DNA from: Candidatus Cloacimonadales bacterium
GTDB taxonomy: Bacteria > Cloacimonadota > Cloacimonadia > Cloacimonadales > DAONDQ01
Reading direction: 5' to 3'
DNA: 64,000 nucleotides
Assembly: GCA_963662275.1 (NCBI GenBank)
Contig: OY759316.1
Location: 3,488,001 to 3,552,000, forward strand
Part shown: in pieces, positions 1 through 9,789 of the stretch
Position numbering within the stretch: the first letter of the stretch is position 1
Layout: each line of letters opens with the position of its first letter
Notes under the pieces: generated by a model
Database searches by the model: none
What the model was told of the DNA's origin: nothing
The model's input: the letters and a program-made list of their open reading frames with translations, nothing else
Translations under genes and position numbers: made by a program

Positions 1-2967
1 TTTGTTTACCAGGGAGATTTATGGTCAGTCCCTTTTGAAGGTGGCATAGCAACCAGGCTGACAGCAACCCCTGCCTCGGAATGGGGACCTGCCTATTCTC
101 CTGATGGAAAATTGATCGCTTTTAATTCTGATCGAGAAGGAAGGTCATATATTTATACAATACCTTCTCATGGTGGAAGTGCAATATCCTTGTTTCATCA
201 GTCATTTTCAGTTTCTGATTGGTTTAATGACAGTAAAAGCCTACTCGTTGCATCATATCAAATTGGAAAGGGTGAATCCTACTGTCGTTTATCTCTTGAC
301 GGGTCAAGACCAGTTGAGATCACTAATGTAGGTGATTTTTACGGGAGTTTGAATTCAGATGACTCAAAAATCATATTCAATAGAAGAGGCTATCCTTTTC
401 GTGAATCGTATCAAGGTAGTGTGAATGGAGAATTATGGGAATACGATATTTCTGCAAAAACCTATTCAAAACTAACCAATACGAATATCACGGAACGCTA
501 TCCAGTCTGTTCTAAAAATGCTGATAATATTTACTACGCTCGATCTGATGGTACTCTTTTTCAACTGGTAAGAGTAAAAGATCATGATTTCACTAATCCG
601 GAAGTATTATCAGAATTCACTAAATGGTCTTCTCGAGATCTTTCAATCGCCAGCAATAGTGATAAACTTGTTTTTGAGTATTTTGATGAAATATGGCGTT
701 ATGATCCTTCAAAGCTCATGGGTGATAGAATAGAAAAGATTGATGTTCAAATACCGGAAGATATCTGGCAAAATGAAGTCGTGAGGGAAGATGTGACAAA
801 TCACTTCGAAAGCTTCGCTGTGTCACAAGACCAGAAATGGATAGCTTTCTCCTATAAGTATGATCTTTTTGCCGTTCCGGTAAAAGGTGGAGAAGTCAAG
901 CAGATTACTCATGATTTACGCTCTATTAAGGATATCGCTATTTTACCCGATAACCGAACCATTCTTTTTAGCGGTTATGAACATGGTGAATACAAATTAT
1001 TCACTGTGAACATCGAGGACACTGCTAACATAATGCTAGTTCCATGGTCAAAAGATAAATACATTGAAAGTATTCAATACGCTCCCAATCACCAATTCAT
1101 TATCGTTTATAGCAAGGATGTTGACCATGGACGTATTGCCATTGCAGATTCGACGGGAACAGTGATTCGGGAAGTCTTGACGGATGAAGTTTGTTCATCA
1201 AATTTTGCTTTAAGTGATGATGGCAAATATGGCTTGTACGTCAATACCCGTCCGGGGATTTGGACAAATCGTCTAATTCTTATGAACATGTCTGATATGA
1301 AGAAAAGAACCATCTTAAGTGATGATAACTCTATTAGGGATATCGTTTGGGGCAAGGGTGGAAAAAGTATCTTCTTCAGTCGCTCAAATGAAATCTGCCG
1401 GCTTGACTTGGTTCCCAGGAATGATTTTGATTGGGATAAAGATCAGTGGAAAGAAATCTTCACGACAACGGAGAAGGACACTCTAAAAAAAGAAAAGAAG
1501 ACGTCACAAATCGAATTCAACTGGAATATGATCGATAAACGCATTACTTCTATAGTTAAGCGTCCCAATTGGTGTAATATTCTTGCTAATCCTGATGATT
1601 CCACACTGTATTTCATATCTTGGGATGACAAAAAACCTTCTATCATCAAGATCAATTATAACGGAAAAAGCGAAGAGGAAATTGCATCTCTTGAAGCTCA
1701 TATTGATAACGATCAATATTTGATTGATAAGATGGCTTATTACTACGTAAGCGGGAATAGTTTAAAAAGCATCAATTTGAAAACACGAAAGAAAGAAACA
1801 TATTCCAACAGCTTTAAATATCAATATAATAAAATGGCACTGAATAAAGAAGTATTCAAACAGGCTTGGGGTGAATTTGGACGTAATTTCTACGATTCCC
1901 AGTTCCATGGAAAGGATTGGGTTTCCTTTTATAATAAATTTCTCCCTTATATGGATTATGCATATTCCGCCAACTTGATGGGTAACATCATTGAAGAGAT
2001 GATCGGCGATTTAAATGCTTCCCATACGGGATTTAGACCACGCGAAGAAAATGAAGTACCATCCATTCCTCAAGCTTATATTGGAGCAAATTTTGATTAC
2101 CGTCAGAATCTGAATAGGGGCATTGCCTTCCGCAATGTCTATCGTGAATCTATTCTTAGTGAATTATACAATATCAAGGACGGAGATATCTTATTGAGTG
2201 TCAATGGACAGCAAATCGGGAAAAATAGCCCGATAGATTCACTCTTCTATGATAAAATTGGTCAACGAATTCAATTGAAAATTCTTCATGAAGGGGTCAG
2301 TATAGACGCAGAAGTTAAAGGACTTACCTGGGGAGAAAACTATAAATTGTACTATGATAACGACAAAGCTCAAAAAAAGAACCTTGTCACAAAAAATACG
2401 AATGGACGCATCGGATACGTTCATATTCAAGCGATGAGTGGAACTGACTATACCCAGTTCGTTGAAGATCTATTCGCTAATAATTTTGATAAGGATGGAT
2501 TGATCCTTGATATCAGGGGAAACTCCGGTGGAAATATCCATGATAAACTGATTGAACTGCTGACCAAGAAAGTATATGCTTTCTCAACAAATAAATATTA
2601 TAACGCTAAATATCCCACACCTACCAGTACTTTCCAAAAGCCTATCGTTCTTCTTATCGATGAGGAATCCGTCTCTGATGGTGAAATCTTCCCCATTCTC
2701 TTTTCTGAATTGAAACTGGGTAAAATCGTTGGTATGCCTACAAGCGGTTCTGTGATTGGAACTGTTGAATATACTCTCAAAGATGGTTCACAAATGAGAT
2801 TACCTACTTCAGGATGGTATCGCCTTGATGGAACAAATATGGAAGGGACTGGAGCAAAACCCGATATCCAGGTTGATAATACTCCTGATGATGAAGTCAA
2901 CGACAATGACAGACAACTCTTGAAAGCTATTGATATAATCGAGGAAGAAATTCCGCCAGTGAAATAA
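1..2967 (+). CDS. Tricorn-like S41 family protease (PD40 beta-propellers, PDZ, S41 catalytic domain); 5' end outside window
   Basis: Frame open from base 1 (FVYQGDLWSVPFEGG...PAYSPDGK); IGYVHI, LILDIRGNSGG, SVSDGEIF, GMPTSGSVIG and EGTGAKPDI motifs of tricorn/S41B proteases. Confidence 0.9.
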   Translation, partial: FVYQGDLWSVPFEGGIATRLTATPASEWGPAYSPDGKLIAFNSDREGRSYIYTIPSHGGSAISLFHQSFSVSDWFNDSKSLLVASYQIGKGESYCRLSLDGSRPVEITNVGDFYGSLNSDDSKIIFNRRGYPFRESYQGSVNGELWEYDISAKTYSKLTNTNITERYPVCSKNADNIYYARSDGTLFQLVRVKDHDFTNPEVLSEFTKWSSRDLSIASNSDKLVFEYFDEIWRYDPSKLMGDRIEKIDVQIPEDIWQNEVVREDVTNHFESFAVSQDQKWIAFSYKYDLFAVPVKGGEVKQITHDLRSIKDIAILPDNRTILFSGYEHGEYKLFTVNIEDTANIMLVPWSKDKYIESIQYAPNHQFIIVYSKDVDHGRIAIADSTGTVIREVLTDEVCSSNFALSDDGKYGLYVNTRPGIWTNRLILMNMSDMKKRTILSDDNSIRDIVWGKGGKSIFFSRSNEICRLDLVPRNDFDWDKDQWKEIFTTTEKDTLKKEKKTSQIEFNWNMIDKRITSIVKRPNWCNILANPDDSTLYFISWDDKKPSIIKINYNGKSEEEIASLEAHIDNDQYLIDKMAYYYVSGNSLKSINLKTRKKETYSNSFKYQYNKMALNKEVFKQAWGEFGRNFYDSQFHGKDWVSFYNKFLPYMDYAYSANLMGNIIEEMIGDLNASHTGFRPREENEVPSIPQAYIGANFDYRQNLNRGIAFRNVYRESILSELYNIKDGDILLSVNGQQIGKNSPIDSLFYDKIGQRIQLKILHEGVSIDAEVKGLTWGENYKLYYDNDKAQKKNLVTKNTNGRIGYVHIQAMSGTDYTQFVEDLFANNFDKDGLILDIRGNSGGNIHDKLIELLTKKVYAFSTNKYYNAKYPTPTSTFQKPIVLLIDEESVSDGEIFPILFSELKLGKIVGMPTSGSVIGTVEYTLKDGSQMRLPTSGWYRLDGTNMEGTGAKPDIQVDNTPDDEVNDNDRQLLKAIDIIEEEIPPVK

Positions 2968-2990
2968 ACCTTTTCGACTTCTATAAATGT

Positions 2991-3062
2991 GTAGAGACGC
3001 CCAATTTGGGCGTCTCTTCTTGTCTGCGAATTGTACAAGACGCACAATTTGGGCGTCTCTAC
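2991..3062. repeat. REP-like doublet (GTAGAGACGCCCAATTTGGGCGTCTCT and inverted partner ending GGGCGTCTCTAC)
   Basis: Two GC-stem palindromes with terminal GTAG/CTAC just downstream of a stop codon. Confidence 0.7.
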
Positions 3063-3152
3063 CTCTTAGAAGCCACACTCAAGCTTGATCTATTTTTTCT
3101 GTTCTTTTCTAGCAGTTGCTTGTTACTTGTCAGCTTTTTCAAATATGGTATG

Positions 3153-3210
3153 ATTACTATATCATTACGGTAGCAATACGGTTTTTTACCGTAATGCTAC
3201 CGTAATGCTC
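3153..3210. repeat. Inverted array of 11-bp units (TACCGTAATGC); second copy at 40505-40584
   Basis: ATTACTATATCATTACGGTAGCAATACGGTTTTTTACCGTAATG is identical to the reverse complement of the 40.5-kb copy. Confidence 0.8.
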
Positions 3211-3280
3211 TTAGGGGACATTTTAAATATTTGCCCCGTCCTAAATAAGTTGACACTTGTTCAAAAAAAAGGAGTAACTT

Positions 3281-3706
3281 ATGACAAAACCCAAAGTAGG
3301 ACCAAAGTCCACCAACAGATATAGTATCGCCTTTAAAATGAGGGTTGTGGAAGAGGTCGAAAATGGTCTGATCACTGCCGCAGATGCCCGAAAATTGTAT
3401 AATGTTGGAGGAAAAGGCACCATAGCTGAGTGGGTTGAACGCTACGGAATGAACAAAAAACTGGAAAGGACGGTATATGTTATGACACACGAAGAAGATA
3501 TTGAGTTAATCCGTTTACGTAAAGAGAACAGGCGTCTCCAGCAAGCCCTGGATGACAGCCAGATCAAGACGATAGCTCTGGAATCGCTGATTGAAGTAGC
3601 CGAAGAAAAGTATCATCTGGACTTAAAAAAAAACTTTGGTTCGAAGGTGTTGGAAGAACTAAAGAAAAAGTTGATGCCATCGGCATGCGAATCGGACTCG
3701 GAATGA
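3281..3706 (+). CDS. IS3-family transposase OrfA (HTH + coiled coil)
   Basis: RYSIAFKMRVVEEVENG..A.K.Y.V...TIAEWVERYG HTH; RBS AAGGAG; A9 run at 3625-3633 leads into an open -1 frame joining orfB. Confidence 0.85.
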   Translation: MTKPKVGPKSTNRYSIAFKMRVVEEVENGLITAADARKLYNVGGKGTIAEWVERYGMNKKLERTVYVMTHEEDIELIRLRKENRRLQQALDDSQIKTIALESLIEVAEEKYHLDLKKNFGSKVLEELKKKLMPSACESDSE

Positions 3707-3897
3707 TCTGTGGACTTCTCATCCATACCCGGCAAGGCTATTTCAAGCATTTGAAAGCTCTGCCTGCTAAGCAGTTGCATGATGAAATTGCGGTATCTAA
3801 GGTCATCACTATTAGACAGACCCAGACTAAAACTGGCGGCAGGAAACTGAAAATAATGATGTTCAATGATGATGGTTTTGTTATTGGGCGTGATCAT
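3703..3897 (+). pseudogene. IS3 OrfB N-terminal fragment
   Basis: ICGLL..TRQGYFK...TGGRKL...IGRDH, cut at the IS21 end (3898). Confidence 0.75.
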
Positions 3898-4142
3898 TGC
3901 ATATTCCGCTCAGAAAAGCCACCTTGTCCGATTAAGTTGAGCCAGTGCTCCACTATAATTGAGCCATACTATATTGTCTTTTTGAGCCATACTATATTGT
4001 CTTTTTGAGCCACACTACGTATCTGATCGCCATATAACATAATATCTGCAGTGTTTGGCAAGATTCTGTTCCGGCTGCTGCGGAGAGAGGACGTAGTCCG
4101 AGCGAAGCAGCAGCCGGAACGTTGCGCCTAATGGGCAATAGG

Positions 4143-4898
4143 CTATTTTCTATTGATTTGTTTTATTCCCTTGCGTTCTCTCATTGACATCTTCCCATCG
4201 ATAAATATATGGTGAGAGTTATGAACAAGCCGGTCAAGGATGGCATCAGCGAGAGTGGGTTGTCCAATCTTCTCGTGCCATCCTCCGGTTTTGAACTGAG
4301 AGCACAAGACCGTAGATGCTTTGGAATACCTCATCTCGACTATTTCAAAGAGATCTTTAGCTTCCTGTTCGTTTATCCTGGTTAACAGCCATTCATCAAG
4401 TATCAGCAGTTTAGCATTGGCATATCTGTCTATGACTCTTTGATGCCCGCCTTCACAACGACTAACAGCGAGGTCATCCAACAGTTCAGGCAGGCGGACG
4501 TATTTTACAGTGAAGTATTTCTTGCAGGCAGCTATGCCAAATGCGCAAGCCAGCCATGTTTTACCGCTTCCCGATGCTCCGGTGATGATGATATTCTCAT
4601 TCTCTCCAATAAAAGAACATGACGCCAATTCAACGATTGCACTACGATCAAGTTTCCTGTCTTCATGGTAGTCAATATCTGCTATACTCGCATTACTGAA
4701 CTTGAAGCCGGCACCGTGAATCAGACGTTTAAGCCTATTATTCTTGCGCTTATCCCATTCTATATCAACCAGCATGCCAAAGCGCTCGTCAAAGCTGTAG
4801 TTTTCCAGTGATTTATCGTTAACCTGATTTCGGTAGGCATCTGCCATGCCATTTAACAGCATCTCTCGAAGTTTAATGATAGTAGTATTATTAGTCAT
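4143..4898 (-). CDS. istB: IS21 helper ATPase IstB
   Basis: Walker A GASGSGKT, LLILDEW, LADAILDRL; likely start MTNNTT overlapping the istA stop. Confidence 0.93.
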   Translation of the reverse strand: MTNNTTIIKLREMLLNGMADAYRNQVNDKSLENYSFDERFGMLVDIEWDKRKNNRLKRLIHGAGFKFSNASIADIDYHEDRKLDRSAIVELASCSFIGENENIIITGASGSGKTWLACAFGIAACKKYFTVKYVRLPELLDDLAVSRCEGGHQRVIDRYANAKLLILDEWLLTRINEQEAKDLFEIVEMRYSKASTVLCSQFKTGGWHEKIGQPTLADAILDRLVHNSHHIFIDGKMSMRERKGIKQINRK

Positions 4899-6435
4899 TT
4901 TCGTTTCTCCCGTAGTAACCTGATTCCCGGCTGATGGCATACTCTGAGCTTTGCACCGCTTCAGCATCATTATCGGTGCTTCTCTTCTGTTCATTTGAGT
5001 TTAGAATAGTCTTGATGATTCTGTAACTCGGATTTGGCGTATAGCTTAATGCTCGTTGACAGGCACTTTCCAAATTTTGACAGCCATACTTTTTTGAAGC
5101 GCTTAGCACAGCCATGCAAGTGCGATAACCTTGCTGTTCAACCCTGCATGATCCCAGGATTGACTTGATTACCAACTCAGTGCTTGTTCCAATAGTACAA
5201 GCCCAGTCAACAAAACTTTCTGCATCCCATTTACGGTATTCCTGATGATCCCTGGGCATATGCTCGGCATTGGTCTGATATCGCTCAGAGTTTCCCTCCA
5301 AGCCCCTGTGGGAGGCTATTCTGACTGAATTGTAAAAGACCTCCACCACCCTGGCGGTTAGGCGAATATCCACTTTGTGGTGGATATATTCATAAGGCAC
5401 TGAATAATACTTCTTATCAACCATAATGTGATAGTTGTAACCAACCGTTGCTGTAGCCCATGTAGCCAGTTCATAAGCCGCCTCCGGCAAGGGAAGCAGC
5501 TGCTCTCGTTCTTCTTGCCAAAATACGCTTTCACGGGAGCCATCTTTGACCTGGAAAGGCTTACTGTTAAATTCAGCCAACTTTTCCCTGATTGCCTTAT
5601 TGAGTTCTCTAAGCGAGAAGAAACTCCTGTTGCGAAGAGCAGCCAGAATCCAGGTCGAGATAATACCTACTGTCCCTTCAGCACTTGCCTTATCCTTGGG
5701 ATGCCTGACCCTGGCAGGGATGACCACTGTATTGTAGTAATTAGCCAGTTCATTATATGTCCTGTTGATTACACTGCCTCCACTGGATACCCGCTCCACA
5801 CCAGTCTTGAGGTTGTCAGGTACCAGTATTTTTGCCACTCCGCTCATATATTGAAAACAGTTTACATGAGCCTGAATCCAGTTACACAGACTCATATTGG
5901 GAAGTGCTTCAACATAAGCATAGCCACTATAGGGCAAAACAGCGACAAAGACTGGAACTTTAAGCTGTGCCCCGGTAAGATTGTTTGTCAAATACGCAGA
6001 TTGACCTGCCCAATCAACCTCAAGCTTCTCACCCGGCTTGTGATGAATGCGCATGGTTGCCTTGGTTTGATGAGCATATTCCGTGTAAAGCTCGCAGAAT
6101 CGACTGTATTGATAGGGTATCGTCTGATTCTGACGGCATAACTCCGAATATTCATGCCATAACAACGACAAGGTTACACCGCTTTTACCCAATTCCTTGT
6201 GAATATGCTCAAAATCAGGCATCCTGCGACAACCTTCGATATTTACAATGGGAAATAGCATCTTCCCCAATTCCCTGTCACTAATTGTATCAGAAATTGG
6301 ACAGAAAACAGCTTGTTGGGCTGCTGCCCTCAGCACCTTGGATACGGTATTGCGGGAGCACGGCAGGCTTTGAGCAATATTCCTTTCACTAATTCCTTGC
6401 GCCTGTAAACGCAAGATTTCTCGATAATTGGTCAT
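4891..6435 (-). CDS. istA: IS21 transposase IstA
   Basis: N-terminal HTH, PGEKLEVDWAG, VPDNLKTGV, PKDKASAEG DDE motifs. Confidence 0.93.
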   Translation of the reverse strand: MTNYREILRLQAQGISERNIAQSLPCSRNTVSKVLRAAAQQAVFCPISDTISDRELGKMLFPIVNIEGCRRMPDFEHIHKELGKSGVTLSLLWHEYSELCRQNQTIPYQYSRFCELYTEYAHQTKATMRIHHKPGEKLEVDWAGQSAYLTNNLTGAQLKVPVFVAVLPYSGYAYVEALPNMSLCNWIQAHVNCFQYMSGVAKILVPDNLKTGVERVSSGGSVINRTYNELANYYNTVVIPARVRHPKDKASAEGTVGIISTWILAALRNRSFFSLRELNKAIREKLAEFNSKPFQVKDGSRESVFWQEEREQLLPLPEAAYELATWATATVGYNYHIMVDKKYYSVPYEYIHHKVDIRLTARVVEVFYNSVRIASHRGLEGNSERYQTNAEHMPRDHQEYRKWDAESFVDWACTIGTSTELVIKSILGSCRVEQQGYRTCMAVLSASKKYGCQNLESACQRALSYTPNPSYRIIKTILNSNEQKRSTDNDAEAVQSSEYAISRESGYYGRNEND

Positions 6436-6603
6436 TTTGTGACCTCCATTGTGTTATTTGCGCTCTTCAGCGCATTGCCACATGGTTAATCACACTCTGA
6501 TTTATGCAAGGTGGCTCAAAGTAGAATATTCCCTGGCTCAATTATAGTGGAGCACTGGCTCAACTTGGGAATACTCATGGCTCAAATTCATAATATTATT
6601 CAG

Positions 6604-6891
6604 TTGGCTGAGTTCAAGATGGTACCGAGTATGACAGGCAAAAATCACTGTTATGACAATGCGGTAGCTGAAAGAATAAATGGCATATTGAAGGATGAGT
6701 ATGGTTTGAATAGTATGTTCCCTGATATCAAAGTAGCCAGGGAAGCTGTTGCCGATGCTATCAGGATTTACAATGAAGAACGTCTACACACATCGCTAAG
6801 TTTTAAGACACCCGCATCGGTGTATGAGCTCGGTATTTTAGCAGAAGCGACGCAGCAACAAAGTGTCTTGCAAGTCGGCGCTTCTGCATAA
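6604..6891 (+). pseudogene. IS3 OrfB C-terminal fragment
   Basis: SMT...CYDNAVAERINGILKDE...IYNEERLHTSLSFKTP, the C-terminal half of an integrase core. Confidence 0.8.
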
Positions 6892-6978
6892 TTTAACTGT
6901 AAACTATATTAGGACGTGACAATTTATCTTGACATTGAAACATCTGCTTTTAACCTATTATTAATTAAGGAGGTCATT

Positions 6979-9741
6979 ATGAAAACATCACATGTAATAG
7001 TTTTACTAATTCTATGCCTTTCTTTTTCTTTCCTCTACGGTTTGCATACAATTTACGTAGATGGGACTACCACCTTAAATCAACAGGATGGTTCCTTTGG
7101 TTATCCCTTTAAAACAATCGGGCAGGCAGTTATATTCGATTCTACTGTTAGAGAAAATCAACTGGTTATAGTCAGAGATAGCATTTATTCGGAGAGTATT
7201 GTAATTGATATGACAAATTTCGGCACTTATTCTTTAACCATCGAAAGCGAAAATGGAAATGAGCATTGCATAATTGATGGTTCTAATGATAACATTTTAG
7301 GATTTCATATTATAGGTAACACTACAGCCCCTTTAACGATTCAGGGATTTACTTTCGAAAATTTTATTCATAATAATGAGGATGCAGGCATTTTTTTGCA
7401 ATACATGGGTTCTGTCTCAATTATAGCAAATGTATTTAATGCATGCAACTACGGAATATGTATGAATAGTGATTTTGGAAATGTACCAAGCAGCGCAGCA
7501 ATAACCGGAAATATTTTCAATCTTGCTTCCTGGCAACTAGGTATATTTTCTACCCAAAATTCTGCTCACAAACAAATTATTGGGAATCGTTTCTATAGAT
7601 TGAATTCTGATTGGTTCTCCGAATCTTTACATTTCAACGATGGTGTTTATTTTGGTGGTACTTTACTGCTTGAAGACAATTACATTGAAGGTTCAATGCT
7701 GTGTAAAGGGATTGGGATAAGCCAGATAAACACAAATCTTATTATCCAAAATAATAAATTTATTAAAGGTACAACTCTGATTGATTACTGCAGTTCAAGT
7801 ATTACTCATAACCAGTTTTGGGGTAATAACGATCGATATTGCGCTATTCAATTTCTATCTCCAGGTTTTGAGCAGCCGATGAATATAGAATTTGAAGATA
7901 ATATGATGTCCGATTATCTGGATGGTATTATGATTAATAGCAATACAGATTTACATTTTAATCATAATTTGGATCTGAATATATCACATTCCTTATTCCG
8001 AAATTGTCAGAAAGCAATTCATATATACCAGCATTCAAGTCATTTTGAACATAATCTTATTTCTGCGTTTCATAGCAATATCATGTCACACAATACCGCA
8101 GATTTTAAAATTGAAGATGAAAATGGGAATCCTTCAAATTTGTTTCAACCAATCCCTATATCATATTCCTGCTTGCAAAATGGAATACCCGCAAATGGCA
8201 ATAATTTCACTATAGGTAATGGTAACATCGCGGCTGACCCGAGTATTACACTGGGCGATGTCAATAGCACTCAGTCATATTATCTGAATTGGAACAGCAA
8301 TGGACCAAGCCCCTGTATAGACGGAGGCAAACCACTTGGTCATAATGCTCCACCTCTAAGTGGTGAGTATGGAACTCCTCCCGATATGGGAGTATATCCT
8401 TTTGCAGATCAGAACATTCCTCCTTATGTGCATAAAACCAGAGATTATTTCGTGCTAAATCCAGATGGAAGCAGCAGCATAGTCTGGTGCAGCTTCCCGG
8501 TATTGGATGATAGAACTTATGTAAATAATCAGTATCAGAATGAGATTCAAGTAATCTTGGATAAATATTGGGATACACAGTATCCTTCATTAATTTCGGC
8601 ACAGTCGAAATATGGACTTGAATCAAATGATTTTAGATTTTATAATGGCCAGTGGCAATCCGGCAATTATCGGGCTTTTGCCCCTGTTGGTTTTAAAGTT
8701 CAATTTAGTACTCCCTATATTGATAGTCTCCATATCAGCGGGTTATATCCTGATGCTCATACCACTCCTCTGGCATTGACAATTCCAAGCAATCCCAATA
8801 CAGTCAGAGAATATTGGCTGGGCTGGTTCCCGGAGCAGACACAAAATCTGATGGATGCTTTTAAGAAACATATTCCCGGGGATTTGACCCATACTTATCT
8901 TGATTATCTGTATGAGATTAAGACCAGGAACTGGGCAACCCGCAGAATCATGCCCAAATCCGGCGCTGCCTGGGGAATTCCGGTCGGTCATCCCACATTA
9001 TCCTGTGGTGAAATGGTGGCGGTGAAAGCTTTCAGCAATGCACCTGCTCAAATGTACTGGAATATTCCGCCAACAAGCCGTCCGCCTGTAATACGAGAGA
9101 AAGCTGAGATTTTCACTTATAAGGAGAAGCTGGATTATCTTCCTGTGTTTGTGGAGTTAGATCCGCAGGATATACCTGTAGAAGTTGGAATAATGGTGGA
9201 TGGTATATGTAAAGGGGCTGCAAAAGTGGATAGTGATACCCTTGAAATAAATGCATATTTACTGGATGAAACAAAGTCTGATCCGGAAGCGGATATAGAA
9301 ATCGTATTCTCTTATGGAGATCGTGGTACAAAGTTGCAGAATAGCTGGACAGTCTTTAATCCGAATAAAATGGTCTTTGAAAAAAGGAAAATTCATCTCA
9401 GGGATATTGATTCTTATCTCTATTTCTCTTTTAAAGCTGGCGAAGGAACTCCCTTAATTCCGTTAGAGACTGAATTAGATGCAAACTATCCAAATCCTTT
9501 CAATCCGGATACTCATATCTCCTTCACACTCGCCAAAGACATGCATGCCAATTTATCCATATATAACTGTAGAGGTCAGAAGGTACGTACTCTTGTCAAT
9601 GGTATCACAACGACCGGCAGGCATGATACAGCCTGGAATGGCAAAGATGATTCAGGAAGGAAAGCTGCCTCCGGTATTTACCTGTATCGTCTGGATACAC
9701 CTGCATGCAAACTGATGAAGAAGATGGTATTGCTGAAGTAG
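6979..9741 (+). CDS. Secreted parallel beta-helix protein with C-terminal FlgD-Ig/Por-type sorting domain
   Basis: RBS AAGGAGG before MKTSHV; signal peptide; PFKTIGQA, I..N.F repeats; NYPNPFNP...IYNCRGQKV...WNGKD...SGIY...KKMVLLK. Confidence 0.8.
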   Translation: MKTSHVIVLLILCLSFSFLYGLHTIYVDGTTTLNQQDGSFGYPFKTIGQAVIFDSTVRENQLVIVRDSIYSESIVIDMTNFGTYSLTIESENGNEHCIIDGSNDNILGFHIIGNTTAPLTIQGFTFENFIHNNEDAGIFLQYMGSVSIIANVFNACNYGICMNSDFGNVPSSAAITGNIFNLASWQLGIFSTQNSAHKQIIGNRFYRLNSDWFSESLHFNDGVYFGGTLLLEDNYIEGSMLCKGIGISQINTNLIIQNNKFIKGTTLIDYCSSSITHNQFWGNNDRYCAIQFLSPGFEQPMNIEFEDNMMSDYLDGIMINSNTDLHFNHNLDLNISHSLFRNCQKAIHIYQHSSHFEHNLISAFHSNIMSHNTADFKIEDENGNPSNLFQPIPISYSCLQNGIPANGNNFTIGNGNIAADPSITLGDVNSTQSYYLNWNSNGPSPCIDGGKPLGHNAPPLSGEYGTPPDMGVYPFADQNIPPYVHKTRDYFVLNPDGSSSIVWCSFPVLDDRTYVNNQYQNEIQVILDKYWDTQYPSLISAQSKYGLESNDFRFYNGQWQSGNYRAFAPVGFKVQFSTPYIDSLHISGLYPDAHTTPLALTIPSNPNTVREYWLGWFPEQTQNLMDAFKKHIPGDLTHTYLDYLYEIKTRNWATRRIMPKSGAAWGIPVGHPTLSCGEMVAVKAFSNAPAQMYWNIPPTSRPPVIREKAEIFTYKEKLDYLPVFVELDPQDIPVEVGIMVDGICKGAAKVDSDTLEINAYLLDETKSDPEADIEIVFSYGDRGTKLQNSWTVFNPNKMVFEKRKIHLRDIDSYLYFSFKAGEGTPLIPLETELDANYPNPFNPDTHISFTLAKDMHANLSIYNCRGQKVRTLVNGITTTGRHDTAWNGKDDSGRKAASGIYLYRLDTPACKLMKKMVLLK

Positions 9742-9763
9742 GGATAGACCCGTGTGTCTATCC
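9738..9763. repeat. REP-like palindrome GTAGGGATAGACCCGTGTGTCTATCC overlapping the stop codon
   Basis: Near-identical to the doublet at 47521-47597. Confidence 0.7.
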
Positions 9764-9789
9764 ATTCAAATATTGCACAGATTCAGAAA

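Larger units (their letters stand above)
3898..6602 (-). mobile_element. IS21-family insertion sequence (istA-istB)
   Basis: TG...CA termini; multiple TTGAGCCA subterminal repeats spaced 22-23 bp at both ends, with a 33-bp block shared in inverted orientation; no TSD. Confidence 0.9.
3232..6921 (+). mobile_element. IS3-family insertion sequence, interrupted by IS21
   Basis: Imperfect TIRs TGCCCCGTCCTAAATAAGTTGACA / TGTCACGTCCTAATATAGTTTACA (rc), 3-bp flanking repeat ATT (3229-3231, 6922-6924), orfA plus split orfB. Confidence 0.85.

Noticed and set aside
3939..4013. TTGAGCCA repeats at regular spacing as a mini-CRISPR
   Set aside because: 22-23 bp period with identical intervening sequence and mirrored at 6511-6585; these are IS21 subterminal transposase-binding repeats
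4068..4120. Strong GC hairpin as an RNA gene
   Set aside because: Lies inside IS21 just downstream of istB; best explained as an element-internal terminator-like structure
5428..6141. 237-aa plus-strand ORF inside istA
   Set aside because: Antisense shadow of the transposase with no recognisable motifs
6511..6603. N-terminus of the 126-aa ORF 6511-6891 as a real gene start
   Set aside because: It is read-through across the IS21 end; only 6604-6891 is IS3 orfB
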